Assembly: GCA_964616855.1 (NCBI GenBank)
Contig: CAZTUJ010000001.1
Coordinates: 192,301-256,300 of the forward strand
DNA from: an uncultured Gammaproteobacteria bacterium
GTDB lineage: Bacteria > Patescibacteriota > Patescibacteriia > Patescibacteriales > UBA12465
Reading direction: 5' to 3'
DNA: 64,000 nucleotides
Below, piece after piece: positions 41,503-49,647 of this stretch (positions are counted from its first letter, which is position 1; each line of letters begins with the position of its first letter). The notes beneath the pieces were generated by a model. The model worked only from the letters and a program-made list of their open reading frames with translations. It made no database searches and had not been told where the DNA came from. A program made the position numbers and the translations under genes.

Positions 41503-42549
41503 ATGTTCAATAAACTTATTGGAAAATTTAGCCATGACCTCGGCATTGACCTGGGTACTAAGAATACCTTAATCGTGATGAGCGAGAAGGGTTTGGTTGT
41601 TAACGAACCTTCGGTGGTGGCTATTAATAAACGGACTAATGAAATTCTGGAAGTCGGGACGGCTGCCAAGAAAATGGTGGGCAAGACTCCGGCGCATATT
41701 GAAGCTATTAAGCCTTTAGTAGACGGGGTGATTTCTGATTTTGAAGTTACGGAAAAAATGTTGAAATACTTTATTAATAAAGTTCACCAAGAACATTTTG
41801 CCCTTATTCCTCGCCCTCGCGTGGTTATTGGCATTCCTTTAGATTTAACCGAAGTAGAGAAGAAGGCGGTAGAAGACGCCGCTCGTTCAGCGGGTGCGCG
41901 CAAGGTCTATTTAGTAGAGGAGGCGATGGCTTCGGCGGTGGGCGCTCATTTGCCGGTGACAGAGGCAACCGCCACGATGATTGTCGATATTGGTGGTGGC
42001 AGCACAGAGATTGCCGTTATTTCTTTGGGCGGCGTGGTTACTTGGAAATCGTTGCGTTTGGCTGGTAATGAATTTGACAGCAATATCATTGAGTACATCC
42101 GTGAAGAATTTAATATTTTAATTGGTGAGCAGTTGGCGGAAGAAATAAAGATTACTATCGGTTCGGCTATTCAAAATGGCGAGACCCAAGAGATGGAGGT
42201 TCGCGGTCGGGATTTAATTAACGGTTTGCCTAAAGCGATTATTGTTAATGATAAGCAGATTAGGGAAGCGATTGGCCGGACAGTGGGTAAAATAATTGAG
42301 AACATCAAGACTATTTTAGAAACCACCCCGCCAGAACTTGTTTCTGATATTTATGAAAGTGGGATTTACTTATCTGGCGGTGGCGCTTTACTCCGAGGCT
42401 TAGATCAGGCTATTTCTTCAGCCGCCAAGATTCCCGTGAAGATCGTTGATGATCCTTTAACTTGCGTTGTTCGTGGGGCTGGTATCTTGATTAGTGATCC
42501 GGAACTATTATCCAAAGTCACTTTAAATAATGTTTCTCTGGACAAATAA
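41503..42549 (+). CDS. mreB: Actin-like rod-shape protein MreB
   Basis: LGIDLGTKNTLI, NEPSVVAI, MIVDIGGGSTEIAVISLGG and IYLSGGGALLRGLD. mreC and mreD follow. Confidence 0.9.
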   Translation: MFNKLIGKFSHDLGIDLGTKNTLIVMSEKGLVVNEPSVVAINKRTNEILEVGTAAKKMVGKTPAHIEAIKPLVDGVISDFEVTEKMLKYFINKVHQEHFALIPRPRVVIGIPLDLTEVEKKAVEDAARSAGARKVYLVEEAMASAVGAHLPVTEATATMIVDIGGGSTEIAVISLGGVVTWKSLRLAGNEFDSNIIEYIREEFNILIGEQLAEEIKITIGSAIQNGETQEMEVRGRDLINGLPKAIIVNDKQIREAIGRTVGKIIENIKTILETTPPELVSDIYESGIYLSGGGALLRGLDQAISSAAKIPVKIVDDPLTCVVRGAGILISDPELLSKVTLNNVSLDK

Positions 42550-42552
42550 TTT

Positions 42553-43362
42553 ATGCGTCTGCCTTGGAAATCAAGAAAATTTTGGCGTTGGTTGGCGGCA
42601 ATCGTTTTTATTTTTCTCTTGCACTTTTTAGGAGCTTCTCGCCCCTTAGAAAATTATTTAAGCGTTGCTATCCGTCCTTTGGGGCGCTCTCTGCATCGTC
42701 TTGGTTCTTGGTTTCAGGGGCAACCATCCGATTCTTCGGCTGAAGAATTAGCAGCGGCCCTTAGCCGCACTCAGGAACAGCTGGCTCGGGCGACCGTTGA
42801 TCAGGCGCAATTACAGCTTTTACTAGAAGAGAATGCCAAGCTTCACCAGCAGCTTGATTTTTTAAATAATAACCATTATCGCGCTGTGAGCGCTAATATT
42901 GTTTCCCGTCAAAATCTCTTTGATGCCGCCGAGAATGCTCAAGATATTATTTTAGACAAGGGGGCTAATGATGGCCTTCATCCCGGTTTAGGTGTAATTA
43001 ATGAATCAGGAGTGATTATTGGTAAAATTGTAGAGGTAAAAGATAATAGTGCTCGTGCTTGTTTAACTACTAGCGCTGATTGTCAGTTAGCGGCCGCTAT
43101 TATTAACGGCAGCCGTACGATTGGTTTGTCGGAAGGGGAATTAGGACTGACTATTAAGATGAATTATATCCCCCAGATGGAAAAAATCTCCCCTGAAGAT
43201 ATTGTTATTACTTCCGGTTTAGGTGATAGCATTCCCCGTGGTTTAGTGATCGGTCGAGTTTCTCAGGTGAATAATCAGAGCAATGAAATTTGGCAAGATG
43301 TCACTATTGAGCCGGTGGCCTCTTTGCATGATTTAACTGTCGTTTCTGTGGTTTTACCCTAG
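42553..43362 (+). CDS. mreC: Rod-shape protein MreC
   Basis: N-terminal TM helix, a coiled-coil (LQLLLEENAKLHQQLDFL), a beta-barrel region (VINESGVIIGKIVEV, VITSGLGDSIPRGLVIGRV) and its position after mreB. Confidence 0.8.
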   Translation: MRLPWKSRKFWRWLAAIVFIFLLHFLGASRPLENYLSVAIRPLGRSLHRLGSWFQGQPSDSSAEELAAALSRTQEQLARATVDQAQLQLLLEENAKLHQQLDFLNNNHYRAVSANIVSRQNLFDAAENAQDIILDKGANDGLHPGLGVINESGVIIGKIVEVKDNSARACLTTSADCQLAAAIINGSRTIGLSEGELGLTIKMNYIPQMEKISPEDIVITSGLGDSIPRGLVIGRVSQVNNQSNEIWQDVTIEPVASLHDLTVVSVVLP

Positions 43363-43365
43363 TTT

Positions 43366-43905
43366 ATGTCTAAAAAGATTGCCAACATTGTTTTTTTATT
43401 AATTGCTGCCGGCTTTTTGGCTTTAGCTCAATTTTCTTTAATCAGCGCCTTACCTTGGCCCTGGAGTAATTTTAATCTCGCAGTCATTTTTTATATTTTC
43501 GCCTTTTTAGCCTTAGGTCGTGATCAAGCTTGGTTGCTGGCGGCTGCCTCTGGTTGGTTTTTGGATGTCTGGAGTTTTCAGCCCTTTGGCGTCTCTTTAC
43601 TATCCTTAACTCTAAGCGCTTTAATTGTCTATCTAGTTTTAGAGAATTTCCTTACCAACCGTTCCTTATATTCCTTTTTACTTTTAACGGTGATTGGTTT
43701 ATTTGCAGAAACAGTTCTCTATAATATTTTGCTAACTATTTTTGACTGGTCAGGGGCGGCTGGAAAGTTTTTCCTTTTTAACGGTGCCTTTTGGGAATCT
43801 TTAGCTTGGAGTTTATTATTAGGTTTATTGGTTGTTGGCCTCTTTTTTAATCTTCTGGCATCGGCGAGTCACCGGCTTAAGCCTTTCTTTTTGAAACGTC
43901 GCTAA
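43366..43905 (+). CDS. mreD: MreD-like polytopic membrane protein
   Basis: 179 aa with about 5 TM helices, immediately after mreC (tag-ttt-atg junction). Assigned mainly by position. Confidence 0.55.
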   Translation: MSKKIANIVFLLIAAGFLALAQFSLISALPWPWSNFNLAVIFYIFAFLALGRDQAWLLAAASGWFLDVWSFQPFGVSLLSLTLSALIVYLVLENFLTNRSLYSFLLLTVIGLFAETVLYNILLTIFDWSGAAGKFFLFNGAFWESLAWSLLLGLLVVGLFFNLLASASHRLKPFFLKRR

Positions 43906-43936
43906 TTTATGTTATGATATTAGCAGTTTTACTTTT

Positions 43937-44929
43937 ATGAAATACGATATTATTACAATTGGTGGTGCCACTAAGGACATTGCTTTTTTAACCGCTGAGG
44001 GTGTCTTAATTGATAATCATCGCGATATCCTTAGACAGAAACTTTTAGCCTTTGAGTATGGCGCTAAAATAACAATTGACCATTTTCACAACCTTTTTGG
44101 AGGAGGAGCCGCTAATGCGGCCGTCAATTTTGCTTCTTCTGGTTTTCAGGTTGCCTGTTTAGCTCGGATTGGGGCTGATGATAGCGGTCAGGCCATCGTC
44201 GATAATCTTAATAAGCAGGGGGTGGCAGTTGATCTCCTTTCTCAAGATCGTAGCGCCGCCACGGGCTTGTCTTTTATTTTAGTGGCTAAGGGCGGGGAGC
44301 GTATTATCTTTACCAGCCGTGGCGCTAATGATAATTTAAAGATCGGCGAGAGTGACCGTAAAATTTTAGCGGGGGCAAAGTGGCTTTATCTCGCCTCTTT
44401 GTCTGGTAATTGGTTAAAAAATATTAATTATATTTTTACCCAAAGTGGACCGAAGATTGCTTGGAATCCAGGGCTGTCTCAATGTCAGGCGGGTTTAAAA
44501 AAACTAGCTCCATTTTTAAAGAAGACCGATGTTTTTTGTATTAATAAAGATGAAGCAATTGAGCTTGTTTTAAGCGATTCCCGTTATCATGGTCAGAGTC
44601 CGGATTTTTTAAACAGTGTTAAAAATCTATTATTGGCCTTAAAAGAAAAAGTTTCAGGAATTGTTCTGATCACCGATGGCCAATATGGCGCTGATGTTTA
44701 TGACGGCAAACGTTTTTATCATCAGGCGGTGTTAAAAGAGAAAAAGCGTGTCGATATCACGGGTGTCGGGGATGTCTTTAATTCTTCTTTTGTCGCCGGT
44801 TTAGAAATTACCAAAGGAGATATTAAAAAATCTTTATATTTAGGAGCAAAAAATACGGCTTCAAAAATTGCTTATTTCGGTGCTCAAAACGGCTTACTTG
44901 ATTTAAGAAAAATAAAGAAATTTAATTAA
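43937..44929 (+). CDS. PfkB-family carbohydrate kinase
   Basis: DIITIGGATKDI, GGGAANAAVNFASSG, and the anion-hole/catalytic motif DITGVGDVFNSSFVAG. Confidence 0.8.
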   Translation: MKYDIITIGGATKDIAFLTAEGVLIDNHRDILRQKLLAFEYGAKITIDHFHNLFGGGAANAAVNFASSGFQVACLARIGADDSGQAIVDNLNKQGVAVDLLSQDRSAATGLSFILVAKGGERIIFTSRGANDNLKIGESDRKILAGAKWLYLASLSGNWLKNINYIFTQSGPKIAWNPGLSQCQAGLKKLAPFLKKTDVFCINKDEAIELVLSDSRYHGQSPDFLNSVKNLLLALKEKVSGIVLITDGQYGADVYDGKRFYHQAVLKEKKRVDITGVGDVFNSSFVAGLEITKGDIKKSLYLGAKNTASKIAYFGAQNGLLDLRKIKKFN

Positions 44930-44936
44930 TAGCTAT

Positions 44937-45389
44937 ATGATTAATGGTGTTATTGTTAGAGAGTTAAAGAAATTTGCAGATGAGCGTGGTTGGTTGACGG
45001 AAATCTATCGACGCGATGAGACTGACTCTAGCCCAGCGATGTCTTACGTAAGCCTTACTTTACCGGGAGTAGTTAGAGGGCCACACGAACATGTTTATCA
45101 GAGTGATTATTTTGTTTTTATTGGTCCCGGCCGTTTTCGTCTTCACCTTTGGGATCGCCGGTCTGACTCTAGTACTAAGGGAGAAAAAATGGAAATAGAA
45201 GTGGGTGAGGGCAATCCTTGTTCAGTCTTGGTGCCACCGGGCGTGGTACATGGTTATCAGTGTATTTCTGAAATTCCCGCTCTCTCAATTAATTTACCCG
45301 ATAAGCTGTATAAAGGCGTGGCTAAAAATGACGATATTGACGAAATTCGCTGGGAAATTGATCCCGCTAGTCCGTATAAAATCAGTTAA
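44937..45389 (+). CDS. RmlC-like cupin (dTDP-4-dehydrorhamnose 3,5-epimerase family, short)
   Basis: FADERGWLTEIYR, VVRGPHEH and PPGVVHGYQC are collinear with RmlC motifs, but the protein is only 150 aa. Confidence 0.6.
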   Translation: MINGVIVRELKKFADERGWLTEIYRRDETDSSPAMSYVSLTLPGVVRGPHEHVYQSDYFVFIGPGRFRLHLWDRRSDSSTKGEKMEIEVGEGNPCSVLVPPGVVHGYQCISEIPALSINLPDKLYKGVAKNDDIDEIRWEIDPASPYKIS

Positions 45390-45398
45390 TTTTTAAGT

Positions 45399-45794
45399 AT
45401 GTGTATTTTTTGCCAAATCGTTGCTGGAGAAATTCCGTCTTACAAAGTTTACGAAGATGAGCGTGTTTTCGCTTTTCTAGATATCAAGCCGGTACATCCA
45501 GGTCATATTTTAGTGGTTCCTAAAAAGCACGCCGCTAATTTAGAAGAGATATCAGCTGACGATTTACAGGCGCTTATTTTAGTTGTTCAGAAAATGGGCC
45601 GGCTTTTAAAAGAGCGTTTAGGCTATCCAGCCTATAATGTTTCGGAAAATAATGACCCTTTGGCTGGGCAGGAGATTCCGCACCTGCATTTTCACCTAAT
45701 TCCGCGTCTAGCCGGTGATGGCCTTGCCCCTTGGCGCAAAGAAGAGTATGCTCCGGGGGGGATGGAAGAGGTATTAAAGAAATTAACGGATTAA
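45399..45794 (+). CDS. HIT-family nucleotide hydrolase/transferase (Hint-like)
   Basis: CIFCQIVAGEIPSYKVYEDERVFAFLDIKPVHPGHILVVPKKH and the histidine triad HLHFHLIP. Confidence 0.9.
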   Translation: MCIFCQIVAGEIPSYKVYEDERVFAFLDIKPVHPGHILVVPKKHAANLEEISADDLQALILVVQKMGRLLKERLGYPAYNVSENNDPLAGQEIPHLHFHLIPRLAGDGLAPWRKEEYAPGGMEEVLKKLTD

Positions 45795-45798
45795 TTTT

Positions 45799-46764
45799 AT
45801 GAATTTACTCGTTACCGGCGGGGCTGGCTTTATCGGCTCCAATTTTATCCACTATTGGCTGGCTAAGTACCCTGAGGATAGTATTATTAATCTTGATATT
45901 CTCAGCTATGCCGGTAATTTGAATAATCTTTTAGATATCTCCACCAATCCCCATTACCATTTTATTCAAGGAGATATTGCTGATAGTGCTTTAGTTGATA
46001 GTCTAATGCCGGGCATCGATGCCATTGTTCACTTTGCCGCTGAAAGCCACGTTGATCGCTCAATTGTTAATAGCGCTGATTTTGTCCATACTAATGTTGA
46101 AGGTACACGAGTTTTACTGGACGCGGCTAAGCGCCATGGCGGCATCCGCTTCCATCATATTTCTACGGATGAAGTTTTTGGAGCTTTACCTTTAGACGGG
46201 TCTAAGTTTTCCGAGACTACACCCTATGATCCTCGTTCTCCCTACAGCGCTTCTAAAGCTTCTTCTGACCACTTGGTGCGCGCTTATTTCCATACGCATA
46301 AATTACCAATTACGATTTCCAACTGCTCCAATAATTACGGCCCCTACCAGTATCCTGAGAAATTAATTCCTTTATTTATTACTAACCTTATTGACGGCAA
46401 GAAAGTACCGGTTTACGGACAGGGAAGTAATGTGCGTGACTGGATTCATGTTGATGACCATAATCGTGGCGTTGATTTAATCTTGCATCAAGGGAAAATT
46501 GGTGAGACTTATTGTCTGGGTGGAGATAGTGAACGCAGTAATTTAGAAATAACCAAAAATATCTTATCTTTAATGGCGAAAGATGAAGACATGATTACTT
46601 ATGTTGAAGATCGTCTCGGTCACGATTTGCGCTATGCTATTGATTTTTCCAAGGCAAAAACAGAGTTAGGTTGGGAGCCTTTAATTCCTTTTACGGAAGG
46701 CCTGCAAGCGACTGCTGCCTGGTATCGTGATCATGAAGCTTGGTGGCGGCCATTAAAGAAATAA
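45799..46764 (+). CDS. rfbB: dTDP-glucose 4,6-dehydratase
   Basis: LVTGGAGFIGSNF, HFAAESHVDRS, ISTDEVFG, YSASKASSDH, and the C-terminal RYAID...GWEP...T..WY. Confidence 0.9.
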   Translation: MNLLVTGGAGFIGSNFIHYWLAKYPEDSIINLDILSYAGNLNNLLDISTNPHYHFIQGDIADSALVDSLMPGIDAIVHFAAESHVDRSIVNSADFVHTNVEGTRVLLDAAKRHGGIRFHHISTDEVFGALPLDGSKFSETTPYDPRSPYSASKASSDHLVRAYFHTHKLPITISNCSNNYGPYQYPEKLIPLFITNLIDGKKVPVYGQGSNVRDWIHVDDHNRGVDLILHQGKIGETYCLGGDSERSNLEITKNILSLMAKDEDMITYVEDRLGHDLRYAIDFSKAKTELGWEPLIPFTEGLQATAAWYRDHEAWWRPLKK

Positions 46765-46794
46765 TATTTTGCTATTTAGATAATTTATACATAT

Positions 46795-47223
46795 ATGTCC
46801 AGCAAGAAAATTTTTATCTTAGAGGATGACGTCAATATTCTCTATGGCCTAGAGGCTCAATTCAGTGCTGATGAATTTTTAGTAGAGTCCAGCGAAGGCG
46901 AGGAAGACTTGGAAGAATTGCTGAGCAATATCCGCAGCTTCAATCCTAATTATTTAATTTTGGATTTAATTTTACCTAAGCTCGACGGTTTCGAGGTAGT
47001 GAAGAGAATTAAGGAGGATGAGGAAACGAGCGAGTTGCCAATTTTTATTTTCACCGATTTAAGTGATGAAGACAGCAAGAACCGGAGTTTGGAGTTGGGG
47101 GCTGATTATTATTTTATCAAAGAAGAGTTTGATACTTACGAGTTTGCCGAAAAAGTGAAAAAAATTATTGGTAATCAGGAAAAAGAGGAGGAAGAAGAGT
47201 CCGCGGACACTTACGAAGATTAA
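46795..47223 (+). CDS. Stand-alone response-regulator receiver domain with acidic tail
   Basis: ILEDD acidic pocket, phospho-acceptor context YLILDLILPKLDG, IFIFTD (Thr) and YYFIKEE (Lys). There is no output domain, and the C-terminal tail is EKEEEEESADTYED. Confidence 0.8.
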   Translation: MSSKKIFILEDDVNILYGLEAQFSADEFLVESSEGEEDLEELLSNIRSFNPNYLILDLILPKLDGFEVVKRIKEDEETSELPIFIFTDLSDEDSKNRSLELGADYYFIKEEFDTYEFAEKVKKIIGNQEKEEEEESADTYED

Positions 47224-47333
47224 TTTTTGGAATTTTACTTGATTTGACTCCTCGGCTTGATTCGGGGTAATATATAGAGCTATTAAGAGGATTTTCTTGT
47301 CTCTTAAATTTTTGTTTGATTCTAGCATAATTT

Positions 47334-48341
47334 ATGTTTATAAAGCGTATCGGTATCGATTTAGGCACTACTTACACCTTGGTATATTTACCGCGGCGGG
47401 GGATTGTAATTAACGAACCTTCAGTGGTAGCTGTTTCCATTGATGACAATAAAATTTTAGCTGTTGGTAACGAAGCTAAGGATATGTTGGGTCGCACCCC
47501 TGATACTATTGTCGCGGCCCGCCCCCTTAAAGACGGAGTAATTGCCGATTATCGCACCACTGAAGCGATGATTCGTTATTTTATTAACAAAACTTTAGGC
47601 GGCATTCGCCTTTTCCGACCTGAAGTAATGGTGGCAGTACCGGCGGGTATTTCTTCCACGGAAAGGCGCGCGGTGATTGAGGCTACCATCGCCGCCGGGG
47701 CTAAGGCAGCTTATATTATTAAAGAGCCCGTGGCGGCCGCGATTGGGGCTGATATTCCGATTGGTTCTGCGACTGGTCACATGATTATTGACATTGGCGG
47801 TGGCACCGCAGAAATGGCCGTTATTTCTCTGGGCGGCATTGTCGCCTCTACTTCTGTGCGCGTGGGCGGCAATAAATTTGATGCCGCTATCTTAGAGCAT
47901 ATTCGTAAGAAATATAATTTAGCAATTGGCGAGCGCACGGCTGAGGAGATTAAGATTAATATCGGCTCCGCTCTTTACGTTGAAGATAAGTTGTATATGG
48001 AAATTCGCGGCCGGGATATGGTAACCGGATTGCCGCGCAGTATCACCGTTTCTAGCGATGACGTCACGGAAGCAATCCAGAATGAGTTGGAAGCAATTGT
48101 GGCCGCGGCCAAGAAAGTTTTACAGAAGACTCCTCCCGAGTTGGCGGCTGATATTATGGATAAAGGCATTATTCTTTCTGGAGGTAGTTCTTTGCTCCGC
48201 AATATGGATCAGCTCATTGCTCGCACCACTGGTGTCCCGGCTTATGTGGCTGATGATGCTCTCTTGTGCGTTGCCAAGGGAACCGGCATCGCTTTAGATA
48301 ACCTTGATTCTTATAAGCGTAGTATTTTAGCGACTAAATAG
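47334..48341 (+). CDS. mreB: Second MreB/Mbl-type actin homolog
   Basis: IGIDLGTTYTLV, NEPSVVAV, MIIDIGGGTAEMAVISLGG and IILSGGSSLLRNMD. By eye it is roughly half identical to the mreB at 41503. Confidence 0.85.
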   Translation: MFIKRIGIDLGTTYTLVYLPRRGIVINEPSVVAVSIDDNKILAVGNEAKDMLGRTPDTIVAARPLKDGVIADYRTTEAMIRYFINKTLGGIRLFRPEVMVAVPAGISSTERRAVIEATIAAGAKAAYIIKEPVAAAIGADIPIGSATGHMIIDIGGGTAEMAVISLGGIVASTSVRVGGNKFDAAILEHIRKKYNLAIGERTAEEIKINIGSALYVEDKLYMEIRGRDMVTGLPRSITVSSDDVTEAIQNELEAIVAAAKKVLQKTPPELAADIMDKGIILSGGSSLLRNMDQLIARTTGVPAYVADDALLCVAKGTGIALDNLDSYKRSILATK

Positions 48342-48352
48342 TTTTTATCTAT

Positions 48353-49564
48353 ATGGTTATTGGTATTGACGCTTCACGCGCCAACCGCTCTCTCCGCACG
48401 GGTACGGAATGGTATTCCTTCTATATCATTGGACACCTAGCGGCGCTTGATCGGGAAAATCAATATATTCTCTACCTCGATAAGGAACCGGCGGCTGACT
48501 TAGCTGCAGTTTTAGCTCCTTATTCTAATTTTAGTTTTAAAATTCTACATTGGCCTTGGCGTTATTTTTGGACCTTGGGTCGTTTTTCTCGGGAAATGCT
48601 ATTTCATCGCCCTGATGTTTTATTTGTACCAGCTCACTCTTTGCCTTTGATTCATCCTCGACGTACGGTTAATACCATTCATGATATCGCCTTTGCCCGC
48701 GAGTGTGGACTCTATCAGAAAAAATGTGTGCGTTTGGAAACTAAGGTTGGTAAAAATTTATTAAATGTTATTACCCGCTTGTTAACGCGCGGCCGCTATG
48801 ACTCTAATTCTTTGGATTATCTAGTTTGGTCAACCTCTTACGCGCTGAAGCATGCTTGGAAAATTATTGCTGTTTCCTCTTTTACTAAGCAGGAAATAAT
48901 TTCTGTTTATTCTGAGCGTTACGCCGATAAGATTAAGGTCGTTCATAACGGTTATCAGCGTTCTCTTTATTCGCCGGTAGCGGCTACACCGGAACGCCAT
49001 AAAATTTTAGAAAAATATGGTTTAGAGGAGCCCTTCTTTCTCTATGTCGGCCGTTTGGAAAAAAAGAAAAACACCCCCGCTTTAGTGGAATCATTTTCAG
49101 TTTTTAAGGAGGCCCATCCAGGTGATAATTATAAATTAGTTTTAATTGGCAACGCCGGTTTCGGTTATGATGAGGTTAAATATATTATTGAAGAATATAA
49201 TCTGACCCGTTCGGTTGTAATGCCGGGCTGGGTAGCTGAAGAAGATTTGCCCGCGATTTTCAGCGCCGCCACGGCCTTTATTTTTCCGTCCCTCCATGAG
49301 GGCTTTGGCATTCCCGTTTTACAGGCAATGGCTTGTGGTGTTCCAACTCTAGTTTCTGATTTGCCCGTGCTTAAAGAAATTGCCGGTGAAGCTGCTCTTT
49401 ATTTCAATCCTCGCGATCGCGCGGCTATGGCGGCGGCGCTAATTGCTATCAGCAGTAGCACTGAGCTACATCATCGCTTATCGGCTCAAGGCCTAATTCG
49501 TGCTCAGCAGTTTAGCTGGGAACAATCTGCCCGCGAAACTCTCCAGGTTTTAACAGGGAAATAG
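48353..49564 (+). CDS. Glycosyltransferase family 4
   Basis: IFPSLHEGFGIPVLQAMACGVPTLVSDLPVLKEIAG. Confidence 0.8.
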   Translation: MVIGIDASRANRSLRTGTEWYSFYIIGHLAALDRENQYILYLDKEPAADLAAVLAPYSNFSFKILHWPWRYFWTLGRFSREMLFHRPDVLFVPAHSLPLIHPRRTVNTIHDIAFARECGLYQKKCVRLETKVGKNLLNVITRLLTRGRYDSNSLDYLVWSTSYALKHAWKIIAVSSFTKQEIISVYSERYADKIKVVHNGYQRSLYSPVAATPERHKILEKYGLEEPFFLYVGRLEKKKNTPALVESFSVFKEAHPGDNYKLVLIGNAGFGYDEVKYIIEEYNLTRSVVMPGWVAEEDLPAIFSAATAFIFPSLHEGFGIPVLQAMACGVPTLVSDLPVLKEIAGEAALYFNPRDRAAMAAALIAISSSTELHHRLSAQGLIRAQQFSWEQSARETLQVLTGK

Positions 49565-49610
49565 ATAATTTTTTGTCTTTTTTTAATATTTTCTTGGTCT
49601 CCTTTAATCT

Positions 49611-49638
49611 TTGAATAAGTAATTAAATATGTTATGAT
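49611..49638 (+). promoter_or_regulatory. Candidate promoter for the protease gene
   Basis: ttgaat (49611-49616), a 16-nt spacer, then tatgat (49633-49638). An aaaggtg SD-like element precedes the ATG at 49648. Confidence 0.35.
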
Positions 49639-49647
49639 AAAGGTGTT

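Noticed and set aside
47239-47322. Three ttgatt(t/c) repeats between the receiver gene and mreB2, considered as possible response-regulator binding sites.
   Set aside because: The receiver has no DNA-binding domain, and a 6-nt AT-rich motif recurring three times in AT-rich DNA is not significant by itself. It is mentioned only as context in the MreB2 finding.
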